Assembly: GCF_045290345.1 (NCBI RefSeq)
Contig: NZ_CP155447.1
Span: 693,078-757,077, forward strand
Origin: Singulisphaera sp. Ch08
GTDB taxonomy: Bacteria > Planctomycetota > Planctomycetia > Isosphaerales > Isosphaeraceae
Direction of reading: 5' to 3'
DNA length: 64,000 nt
The notes beneath the pieces were generated by a model. That model saw only the letters and a list, made by a program, of their open reading frames with translations. It was not told the DNA's origin and did no database searches. The position numbers were made by a program, and so were the translations under genes. This document shows, piece by piece, positions 28,349 through 37,525 of this stretch (position 1 is its first letter; each line of letters opens with the position of its first letter).

Positions 28349-28869
28349 ATGATTCGCTCAATCGGCTGCCTGACATTGTTCGTGCTCGTGGGATCGCCCC
28401 TTTGGGCGGGCGAACTTGACGCCGAGTATGGGGCGAAGTCGCCGAGCCAGCCGCCGGCGGTCACCCTCGCAAGCGTGGCGATGGTTCCCAACCCCGTCGA
28501 CCCGCCGGGAGTGGTCGGAAAGGGAAGTGAACTCGACTCCGAGCGGGCCACGCAGGCCTGGCGGCGTTTCGGTGGATTCGGCGGTTGGGGCCGTGGCTGG
28601 GGCGGCGGTTGGGGCCGTGGCATCGGCTGGGGCGGCGGCTGGGGCCGTGGCATTGGCTGGGCGGCGGCTGGGGCCGTGGCATCGGCTGGGGCGGCGGTTG
28701 GAACCGCATTGGCTGGGGTGGCGGCTGGGGTGGTGGCTGGGGCTGGGGCGGCGGCTGGGGCGGCGGCTGGGGCGGCGGCTGGGGCTACAGCTATGTCCCC
28801 GTGACTTACTCTTACTTGAGTGTCGGCGGTCTCGGATTCGGTGGTGGTTACGGCCTGGGGTGCTGGTAA
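28349..28869 (+). CDS. Secreted Gly-Trp tandem-repeat protein with a -1 frameshift at ~28660 inside a G-tract. The upstream frame is 28349..28804 and the downstream frame ends at 28869.
   Basis: An AGGAGG lies 7 nt upstream of the ATG. The translation starts with the signal peptide MIRSIGCLTLFVLVGSPLWAGE and has ~9 units of WGRGIGWGGG or WGGG. The reading frame of the repeat switches where one unit has GGG instead of GGGG (28659-28661). The downstream frame ends ...GYSYVPVTYSYLSVGGLGFGGGYGLGCW*. Confidence 0.5.
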
Positions 28870-28937
28870 AAGCAAATTCATCGTAAGGCGATTGCGAACT
28901 CAAATCGCCGGCTTGGCCCCCGCGCCGGAGATTTTCG

Positions 28938-30443
28938 ATGCCTTGGAGAGCGATCGCCGGCCTGCTCCTTCTCGTCCCCTTCGGCCAACCGGCGAGGGCG
29001 CAAGCCGACCGACTCGACGCGGGGGTCGCCTCTCCGGGCCAGCGACCGGTCGTGGCGCGAATGGCGGATGCCCAAGCCGTCCGAAATCGGCTTGGGCTCA
29101 CCGCGGAATATGACAGGATCGTTGGCCTCGATTCCGTAAAAGTCGCCGTGCTGGACTACGGCTTCGCCGGCCTCGGCCAAGGTCGTCCCTATCTACCGGC
29201 CAGCGCGGAGGTCGTCGAGCATTACGACCCGGCGTTCGTCCGCCGCTTCGGGCTGGGCGACCCAGACTTCCGCACCCCCTTCGACCCGTTGAACCGACAT
29301 GGCCGGGTCATGGCGCAAGTCATCTGGTCGGTGACCGGCTCGCACCCCAACGGGCCCAAGTTCTATCTCCTCAACGCCAGCGGACCGACCATGCTACGGC
29401 GGGCGGTCCGGTTCGCGATCGAGCACAAGGTGGATCTGATCCTGTTCAGCGGCTCGTTTGAGGGGGGCGGCAACGGTGACGGTCGCGGGCCGATCAACCG
29501 GGTCGTCGCCGAGGCCACCGCGGCAGGGATCCCCTGGATCAACGCCGCGGGCAACTCCGGGCGCAAGGTCTACAATGGGCCCGTACGCGTGCTCAAGGAC
29601 GGCTATCTCCGGCTCCGCGACGGCTCGGACGTGGCCGCCTTGCGGTTCCGCAACCGCGTGGACGAGAACAGGGTCAGCGTCACTCTCACCTGGAACGACT
29701 ACCGCGAGGAGGAGGACGCAGGGACCGACAAGGACCTCGACCTCTACATCGAGGACCCAGCCGGCCGGCCCGTCGGGGCAGGGGAGAAGCGTCAGGTCTC
29801 CGGATCTCAAGTGCCCGGCCCGGACGAGACCCGCAACCCTCGCGAGCGTGTGGTCCTGACCGCCCTCCCGGCCAGTCCCGAGGTCCTCACCGACCCCGAC
29901 TATTGCTACCGGATCCGGATCCGGGCGAAACGAGGCCGGTTCCTCCCGACCGATCGCCTGCGCGTCCTGGTGACCGCGAGCCGCGAAGCCTACATTCCCC
30001 CCGGCGGCGACTCCCCGCGCGAGGCGCTCGAGTTCCTCGACGCCTCGGGCGAAGGCGAGCTCTACCCGCCGGCCGACAACCCGCTCGTGCTGACAGTCGG
30101 TGATTCCGACTTGTCCTCATCCATCGGCCCGACCACCGACCGCCGGATTAAGCCGGACGTCATCCTGGCCGACTCGCGGGCCTTCTTCACCGACGGCGAA
30201 GTCTCGGCCGGCTCCTCGAACGCCGCCGCCTACGTCGCGGGCGTCGTCACCGTTTTGAAAGCCGCCGTGCCCGGCCTGCGTCCCAGCCACCTGCTCCGGA
30301 TCGCCCAACAAGGCCCGGTCGTTCCCTACTCCGCCCTCCGAGGCCGTCCCACCCGCCCTGCGAGCTCTCCCCCGCCCGGATTCCACTACTGGCAGACCCC
30401 GACCCGGGCCAAGCTCATTGATCTCGTGCGGAGGAGCCAATGA
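28938..30443 (+). CDS. Secreted S8 (subtilisin-like) serine peptidase, divergent.
   Basis: It has a signal peptide MPWRAIAGLLLLVPFGQPARAQA. The Asp block is VKVAVLDYGFAG, the His block is NRHGRVMAQVI, the oxyanion block is NAAGNSG, and the Ser block is GSSNAAAYVAGVV. It lies 69 bp downstream of the GW-repeat gene. Confidence 0.7.
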   Translation: MPWRAIAGLLLLVPFGQPARAQADRLDAGVASPGQRPVVARMADAQAVRNRLGLTAEYDRIVGLDSVKVAVLDYGFAGLGQGRPYLPASAEVVEHYDPAFVRRFGLGDPDFRTPFDPLNRHGRVMAQVIWSVTGSHPNGPKFYLLNASGPTMLRRAVRFAIEHKVDLILFSGSFEGGGNGDGRGPINRVVAEATAAGIPWINAAGNSGRKVYNGPVRVLKDGYLRLRDGSDVAALRFRNRVDENRVSVTLTWNDYREEEDAGTDKDLDLYIEDPAGRPVGAGEKRQVSGSQVPGPDETRNPRERVVLTALPASPEVLTDPDYCYRIRIRAKRGRFLPTDRLRVLVTASREAYIPPGGDSPREALEFLDASGEGELYPPADNPLVLTVGDSDLSSSIGPTTDRRIKPDVILADSRAFFTDGEVSAGSSNAAAYVAGVVTVLKAAVPGLRPSHLLRIAQQGPVVPYSALRGRPTRPASSPPPGFHYWQTPTRAKLIDLVRRSQ

Positions 30444-30540
30444 GCAGCCTGGAAAGCCCATGTCGTCAGGCTTGACGCCATGCTCTCCGTCTTGAGGAAC
30501 GAGGTCGAGAAATACCGGAATTAGTAACGCTTCGCCAAAT

Positions 30541-30760
30541 CCGTTTCTCCTACGTCAACGCGATCGGCAATGGCATCATCGTCGACCAAGCAATTCCCGT
30601 AGGGTGGGCACGGCGCACCAATCTAACCTTTGCTTTGCCAAGGAGATAGGGATGGCGACCCGTGTCCACCCGACGAAAAAAAACGGATACTGGCCGCTAA
30701 TCCATCGTAAATCGTTGATCAATCCCTCACGGGTTCGGCGAAGCTTTACTTCAATTCAGC
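30541..30760. repeat. Family D palindromic repeat, uninterrupted copy.
   Basis: The sequence is CCGTTTCTCCTACGTCAACGCGATCGGCAATGGCATCATCGTCGACCAAGCAATTCCCGTAGGGTGGGCACGGCGCACC...GGATGGCGACCCGTGTCCACCCGACG...GGCCGCTAATCCATCGTAAATCGTTGATCAATCCCTCACGGGTTCGGCGAAGCTTTAC. Confidence 0.75.
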
Positions 30761-30856
30761 GAGTCTGATCGAGCCTAAAATGAACACCGGGGCGGCCTCC
30801 TTCCGAAATCGAGGCCACCCCGGCGCATTCATTTCAAGGCCGCAGACGAAGGCTGG

Positions 30857-33145
30857 TCAACTCGCGCCGGGCTTGGGGTTCGTCACACCGTTGGGAGTTG
30901 CCGCGGGGGGAGGGACGGCCATCGCTTCACGAGTCATCTTGTCGGCGTACTCCTCGAGCGACTTGGCCCCTTCAGCTTCGGCCAGGCCGAAGCCCGATTT
31001 CTCGGCGACCATCAGGCTGATGAGGAGCCCGAACAGGCCCTGCGCGGAATTGTCCGAGCCATGATGGGAATCGCCATTGGAGGAAGCGCCGGTGGTCCCG
31101 GACATGAAGACGCGTTGGGGGACCAACGGCTGGCTACTGTTGGCGAGTTGGTTGGCGACCTGGGTGAGCGCGTACAGCCTCGGATCGGAGAAGGACTGGA
31201 CCTTACGAAGCAGGACCGACGCTTCCGACAGGCCGATTTGGGCGATTTTCGAGGCTTCGCCCTTACCGGCAAGAGTGCGTTGCTCCGCCTCGGCCTGGGC
31301 GAGGATCACCATCTGCTCAGCCTGTTTGCGCGAGCGATCGAGTTCGGCCTGGGCCGTCACGACCATCTGCTCGGCCATTTTTTTAGCGCGGGCAAGGTCG
31401 GCCTCGGCGGCCTTGCGGGTCTTGGCCAGTTCGGCCTCTCCCTGGTTTTCGACGATCTGGATCTGCACTTTGGAGTTCGTCAGGCTCGTCTGCATGGTCG
31501 CTTGCGCCTGGGCGTCGTTGAGCGTCTGAAGGGTCTCGGCGGCGGCCCGTTGGCGCTGGTAGGTTTCGATCTGTTCGACCGAGAGCTGGCGCTGGCGCAA
31601 CTGCTCCAGCAAGGTTTCGATCTTGCCTCCCGCCTCGGCCGTATCCGGCTTGCCGATCAGGACGTCCACACACTCGATGTCGAACTGGCCGAACCGGGCC
31701 GAGAGGGTTTCTCGCGCCTCGCGCTGAATGTCGTCGCGGTCCTGCAAGAGCTGGAGCATGGTGCGCTTGTGGGCCACGTCGCGAAAGAAGGCGGAAAGCA
31801 TCGGGTCAAGGGTTTGCGTGATCAACTTCTTGACGTCGCCGAACCGCTGGATGACGTTCGGGGCCTTCTGATAGTCGATATGGACGACGACCGAGAGCGG
31901 CAACGTCGGCTCGTACGCATCCTTGGTGACGAGGTCGATCGAGCGCAGACTCTCGTCGTAGCGGTGGGTCTCGGTCCGGCCGGTGACCCAGTGCAAGACG
32001 AAGTTCGTCGTCGGGACCATCACAATACTGCCGGCATACGGGTTGAACCCGTACTTGCCAGGGCCGAGCGGCCGCTCCAAGACTCCGCGTTCCCCCTCGG
32101 CGACCCGCTCGCCGTGACGAAACCCGGCGCCCGAGACGTCCTGGCCGGTGCGCCCGTAATAGCTCACCACCACGCCCACAAAGCCGATCGGCACAACCGT
32201 CTTGGGTACCACCTCGACCGAGGCGAACCAGCGATTGATGAAATAGGTGCCGTCGGTCAGCGGCACGTACTGCCGCCCTCGATGGCCTCCCGCGGCGAGG
32301 AACGCCTCAGGGTCCTGGTAGTTATTGTGAAAATGCTTATCTTCGCGCCGAGTGCCGACCGCAGGCGCGATGATCTCGCCAGGGCCAAGGCTCGGTCCGT
32401 CCTGCACCGTCACAATCCCGAGACTATCGACGGTGATCTGCCGCTCGGGATGGATCGGGTCAGGCGCCAGGATTGGCGCACCGATCACGACGGGGTTGAA
32501 CCCATTCGACGCCTTCAGCTCGTTCTGCCAGCCGACGATCGTCTCCAGCTCGCGTCGCCCTTGAAATTCCAGCCGATAGGCCGCATCTTCGGTGATCACC
32601 ACGAACAAGGCGAGGTTGATCGCATAAACCCCCTCGCGAAGGATCATCCGCTGCCGACCGCGCTGGCCCAGGGGAAGGGCTTCCTCGCCCGGCGCCGTGA
32701 CCACATCGCCGATCAGGAACGCGCGTGCATCCTGAAAGTTGTTGCACCCCGCAACTCGCCCCAAAGTCTGGCTTGGCTCCAGAGGCTCGCCGTCACGAGC
32801 GTAGACATAGCCGATCTTCCCTTGAGGCACCGTCACCAGATTGACCCGATGGATCCGGTACTGCCACGCCCACAAGCCAAAATGCACGCCACCCCGAAGG
32901 AGGTCGGCCTGAAAACCCGCCTCACCCATCAGCGCCATCATCCGCCCCTCAGGGACCGATCCCTTGGGCGACCACAGCGTTTCCACGATCCCCACGCGGT
33001 TGTTCGGGATGTATCTCATCCCCGAAAACACCACCGTGGCGAACACGACCCCAAAGAACCCGACCACCAAGAACACGAACCAGTCCCCAGGAAAGAGTTG
33101 GGCCCAAAGCATTGGCCTCAGCCACATCCCTATTGCCGCGAACAT
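30857..33145 (-). CDS. Large flotillin-like protein with tandem SPFH/band-7 domains and a coiled-coil EA-rich region. It has an N-terminal transmembrane segment.
   Basis: The SPFH block reads ...RFGDVKKLITQTLDPMLSAFFRDVAHKRTMLQLLQDRDDIQREARETLSARFGQFDIECVDVLIG... and is followed by the flotillin-type coiled coil ...AELAKTRKAAEADLARAKKMAEQMVVTAQAELDRSRKQAEQ.... The transmembrane segment is MFAAIGMWLRPMLWAQLFPGDWFVFLVVGFFGVVFATVVF. An alternative start lies at 33196. The plus-strand ORF 31061..33280 is a shadow. Confidence 0.7.
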   Translation of the reverse strand: MFAAIGMWLRPMLWAQLFPGDWFVFLVVGFFGVVFATVVFSGMRYIPNNRVGIVETLWSPKGSVPEGRMMALMGEAGFQADLLRGGVHFGLWAWQYRIHRVNLVTVPQGKIGYVYARDGEPLEPSQTLGRVAGCNNFQDARAFLIGDVVTAPGEEALPLGQRGRQRMILREGVYAINLALFVVITEDAAYRLEFQGRRELETIVGWQNELKASNGFNPVVIGAPILAPDPIHPERQITVDSLGIVTVQDGPSLGPGEIIAPAVGTRREDKHFHNNYQDPEAFLAAGGHRGRQYVPLTDGTYFINRWFASVEVVPKTVVPIGFVGVVVSYYGRTGQDVSGAGFRHGERVAEGERGVLERPLGPGKYGFNPYAGSIVMVPTTNFVLHWVTGRTETHRYDESLRSIDLVTKDAYEPTLPLSVVVHIDYQKAPNVIQRFGDVKKLITQTLDPMLSAFFRDVAHKRTMLQLLQDRDDIQREARETLSARFGQFDIECVDVLIGKPDTAEAGGKIETLLEQLRQRQLSVEQIETYQRQRAAAETLQTLNDAQAQATMQTSLTNSKVQIQIVENQGEAELAKTRKAAEADLARAKKMAEQMVVTAQAELDRSRKQAEQMVILAQAEAEQRTLAGKGEASKIAQIGLSEASVLLRKVQSFSDPRLYALTQVANQLANSSQPLVPQRVFMSGTTGASSNGDSHHGSDNSAQGLFGLLISLMVAEKSGFGLAEAEGAKSLEEYADKMTREAMAVPPPAATPNGVTNPKPGAS

Positions 33146-33403
33146 GTTGCGATCTCGTCTGGCCCCGGCGTCATCGACGGGAAGATGCTGCCGCAAAGTT
33201 TTCCCAGTCCCCGCATCACCCCTAACTGCAACACGAAGGACTTGAGCCCGTTGGGGAGCATTCGTCCGACATCCCCATGATATTTACGAATATTTCCCGA
33301 ATAAGTGATCTTAGGTTTTTAGGAGGGACACCGCGGGTTGATCTGAAACCGAGGCGTCCCACCGGACCAAATCGCCAAATGACAACCGCGAAGGGTCCTT
33401 GGC

Positions 33404-34573
33404 TCAGACGATCACCTGCAACTTCCTGAGCCGCTCGATGGCCGCATCAAGCGTTGAGTCTTGCTTGCAGAAGCAGAAGCGGATGTATTGCCGCCCCAGC
33501 GCTTTGTCGTGGAAGAAGCTGGAGCCGGGGACGGTGGCCACGCCCAGGTCGCGGACCAAATGTCGCGCGAAGGCGACGTCGTCGGTGGCGCCGAAGGCTT
33601 CGATGTTGGCCATGACATAGTAGGCCCCTTGAGGGGGGATGAGGTCGAATCCGACGTCGAGTAAGGCCGAGCAGAGCCGATCGCGCCGAGCCTGGTAGTC
33701 GGCCGAGAGCTTGGCGTAGTACTCGCGGGGCATCCGATAGGCGAAGGCGCCGGCCTCCTGGAGCGGGGCCGCCGCGCCAATCGAGACGTAGTCGTGGACC
33801 TGGCGGAATGCATGGGTCAGCGGCGCCGGGGCGATCATGGTACCGACCCGCCAACCGGTCACCGAATAGGTCTTCGACATCCCGCCGATCGTCACCGAGC
33901 GTTCGCGCATCCCGTCGAGCGAGGCGAGGGCCACGTGAGGGCGGCCGTCGTAGACGATGTGCTCGTAGATCTCGTCGGTGATCGCAATGACGTCCCACTT
34001 GCGGCAGAGCGCGGCGACTTGCTCGAGTTCGCCACGCGAGAAGACGGTGCCGGTCGGATTGTTCGGATTACAGAGAACGATCGCCTTGGTGCGGTCGTTG
34101 AAGGCCGCGGCCAGTTCGTCGGGGTCGAACGTCCAGTCAGGGGCGCGCATCGGGAAGAACCGAGGGATCGCGCCGGCCAGCACGCAGTCGGGCCAGTAGT
34201 TTTCGTAGAAGGGCTGCGAGAGGATGACCTCGTCCCCCGGGTTGATCAGCGAAAGCATGGCCACGAGCATGGCCTCGGTGCTGCCGCAAGTGACGGTGAT
34301 CTCGGTCTCCGGGTCGACTGTCAGCCCGAGGTGCCAGCCGGCGTGCTCGGCGATCGCCGCGCGAAGGCCCCGCGCGCCCCAGGTGACGGCGTACTGGTTG
34401 ATGTCCGACTCGATGGCGCGACAGGCGGCCGCTTTCAGTTCGGGTGGGGCAGGGAAGTCGGGCATTCCCTGGGCCAGGTTGACCGCCTTGTGTTTCGTCG
34501 CCTCGATCGACATCCCGCGGATCACGCTCTCGGTGAACCGCGTGGCCTTCTGCGAGAGCAGTGGGTGTTGCAT
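33404..34573 (-). CDS. PLP-dependent aminotransferase, class I/II (kynurenine/methionine/aspartate aminotransferase-like).
   Basis: The translation reads ...AVNLAQGMPDFPAPPELKAAACRAIESDINQYAVTWGARGLRAAIAEH...AIVLCNPNNPTGTVFS...GGMSKTYSVTGWRVG (PLP lysine)... Confidence 0.85.
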   Translation of the reverse strand: MQHPLLSQKATRFTESVIRGMSIEATKHKAVNLAQGMPDFPAPPELKAAACRAIESDINQYAVTWGARGLRAAIAEHAGWHLGLTVDPETEITVTCGSTEAMLVAMLSLINPGDEVILSQPFYENYWPDCVLAGAIPRFFPMRAPDWTFDPDELAAAFNDRTKAIVLCNPNNPTGTVFSRGELEQVAALCRKWDVIAITDEIYEHIVYDGRPHVALASLDGMRERSVTIGGMSKTYSVTGWRVGTMIAPAPLTHAFRQVHDYVSIGAAAPLQEAGAFAYRMPREYYAKLSADYQARRDRLCSALLDVGFDLIPPQGAYYVMANIEAFGATDDVAFARHLVRDLGVATVPGSSFFHDKALGRQYIRFCFCKQDSTLDAAIERLRKLQVIV

Positions 34574-34964
34574 CAGTCTTGATTGAATGAGGATGACGCC
34601 CAGCGTGGGGGCCACGCCAGGTTGAGGGTGAAGGTCGGCGTGTTCTCGATACGCCGGCAAGGAGTTTCGGCTCCGAGAGCGCTCGCGGAGCCACGCGACC
34701 ATTGTGGCCCAGTAGGCTCATGCCCCGCAACGCCCAACCAATCAGCACGACCACATCAAGCGGCCAATCCGTCACCACACGCGCCAGACGAACCACAAGG
34801 GGGAGCAAGTGGCCGATTCGGCATTGAAGGACAAAGCGGCGCGCCGATACAGAGGGCCAGACAATGGTGCTTTGACGCGCCCAATTCCCTGGGCAACCAC
34901 CGAGACAGTCGTCTCGTTGCCCGAGGGGGGGGTGTCTTCAGGATCTGATCAAGGAGGATCTCAG

Positions 34965-36272
34965 ATGTCGGTTGATCGCAAGGAGGGCCGCCGGACGAAC
35001 CATCGCGCGTTTCGGCCGACGCTGGAGCATGAGACGCTCGAAACACGCGTGCTGATGTCGGGGAAGACGTCAAAGTTGCCGGGAGCCGTCTTCCTGAGAA
35101 ATCCCAAGCCGGGAATCGCGTTCCAGAACAATAACCCCGAGTTCCTCTCGGCGGGCGCTCCTCGGTTCCCCGTCGCCCAGTACCCGCGGGGCAACAAGAT
35201 CGCGACCCAAACCGCCCACGGCGGTCAGAGTGTGATCGTCGCGGCTCCCGACGGCAGCCACTTCCGGATCAGCCTGACGCAGTTCATCCCCCCCGCCGGA
35301 CAAGGACAGTCGCAGACCGCATCGGGATCCACCGTCCCAGGCACCCAGAACCCGATCCAGGGGCAGGTCCCCGGAGCGGGCCCGGTCCAGCCGATCGGCA
35401 CGGTTCGCGCCTATGCCATGTCACGGGGACGAGTCGGCCTGATCATCGACGGCACGACCACCCAGTCCGAGCTCAACATCAGCCCTCAGCCGTTCCCCCA
35501 GCGCAAGGGCTACGCGCACAGCTTCGCCTATGGCCAGGCGAACCAGTCGAAGGTTCTCAACATCGGCCAGATCACCGTCAACAGCGGCCAGATCGGGGCG
35601 ATCCTCGGCTTTCACACCGCCGATCTGTCCGGCCCCTTGGTCTCCGTGGGCACAACCGCCATCGATCGGATCGCCTTCAACAACCTGCTGCCGGGCGCAT
35701 CGATTCAGACGAATGGCGACTTGAACACGCTTGATGTGCTCAACAACGTCAAGCTCGACCGCGGGCCAGGGATCGTCATCGGCCGCGACCTCAACCTGTT
35801 CAACGTCGGACAGGATGCAACCTTCCTCAACGGGGCGTCGCTCAACGTCGGCCGATTCCTCGGCGCGACCCCTCAACCCCCCAAGGGAACCGGCACGGGG
35901 TCGAACTTCCTGGCGCTCAACCAGGCGTTGCTCGGTACGGGTACGAGCACGTCCCTCCCCTCGCTCTCGGGATACATCCAGGGCGACCTCACGCTCGGTA
36001 GCGGCAGCATCTTCACAGCCGCCGCCGGGATCGCCAACAGCTCCATCATATCGATCAACGGTGTTCCATCGTCGACTCCCGCCGCGTTCCTGGTGAACGG
36101 CTTCGTCAACGCCCCTGATGCCGACCAGATTGCCATCCCCAACCTTCCAAGCGGGATTTTCAGCAACGTATTCAGTATCTCCCCCGAAGGCCAACTCACG
36201 GTCAACTTCAACATCGTGGTTCGGAACGGCTCAAATAACCCGAAGTTCGTCGACCTCAATCCCAATGCCTGA
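34965..36272 (+). CDS. Secreted repetitive G/S/T/N/Q-rich protein of unknown function.
   Basis: A strong SD AAGGAGG lies 8 nt upstream of the ATG. The N-terminus reads MSVDRKEGRRTNHRAFRPTLEHETLETRVLMSG (an RR...LExLExRxLxS motif). The remainder is low complexity and beta-rich. The minus-strand ORF 35421..36194 is a shadow. Confidence 0.5.
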   Translation: MSVDRKEGRRTNHRAFRPTLEHETLETRVLMSGKTSKLPGAVFLRNPKPGIAFQNNNPEFLSAGAPRFPVAQYPRGNKIATQTAHGGQSVIVAAPDGSHFRISLTQFIPPAGQGQSQTASGSTVPGTQNPIQGQVPGAGPVQPIGTVRAYAMSRGRVGLIIDGTTTQSELNISPQPFPQRKGYAHSFAYGQANQSKVLNIGQITVNSGQIGAILGFHTADLSGPLVSVGTTAIDRIAFNNLLPGASIQTNGDLNTLDVLNNVKLDRGPGIVIGRDLNLFNVGQDATFLNGASLNVGRFLGATPQPPKGTGTGSNFLALNQALLGTGTSTSLPSLSGYIQGDLTLGSGSIFTAAAGIANSSIISINGVPSSTPAAFLVNGFVNAPDADQIAIPNLPSGIFSNVFSISPEGQLTVNFNIVVRNGSNNPKFVDLNPNA

Positions 36273-36295
36273 GACCTCACGGCCTCAACGCATCA

Positions 36296-36348
36296 AAACC
36301 TCGGCCGCGGGCGACTGGACGCCCGCGGCCGAGGTTTCTTTTTTTTCG
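36296..36348. terminator. Bidirectional rho-independent terminator between convergent genes.
   Basis: The sequence AAAACCTCGGCCGCGGGCG actggac GCCCGCGGCCGAGGTTT is followed by CTTTTTTTTCG. It has an A-run on the 5' side, so it is functional on both strands. Confidence 0.8.
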
Positions 36349-36397
36349 TTTCGACTGAGCCTCGGCAACGGCCGAGATCCCCGGTTCACCGCAGGAA

Positions 36398-37324
<927 letters not shown>

Positions 37325-37525
37325 GGAGCCTGCTCTCTCATCTCGATGGAGTGCCTGGGAAGCACGCCGTGGGCCAACCGGGTTGCAACGTATGGCACAC
37401 GCCCTGAAACGTCTTGGGGGGCAGCCCCAGTGGGGCTGCGACATCCGAACTTGGCTTTTTTCTCACGACCTCTGTGTTCGATCGTCGGGCAGGCCTGCAA
37501 GCTGACCCAGGGGGGCCAGCCCCGC

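Noticed and set aside
28561-28800. A possible CRISPR array, given the regularly spaced short repeats.
   Set aside because: The ~30 nt units are contiguous with no spacers, they lie inside an ORF, and they translate to a regular GW peptide repeat. No cas genes are nearby.
28327-29101. Minus-strand ORFs encoding PQPPPQPMPRPQPP proline-rich repeats opposite the GW-repeat gene.
   Set aside because: The plus strand has a strong SD, a signal peptide and a downstream secreted protease. The minus-strand frames lack a signal peptide and are the mirror image of the G-rich repeat.
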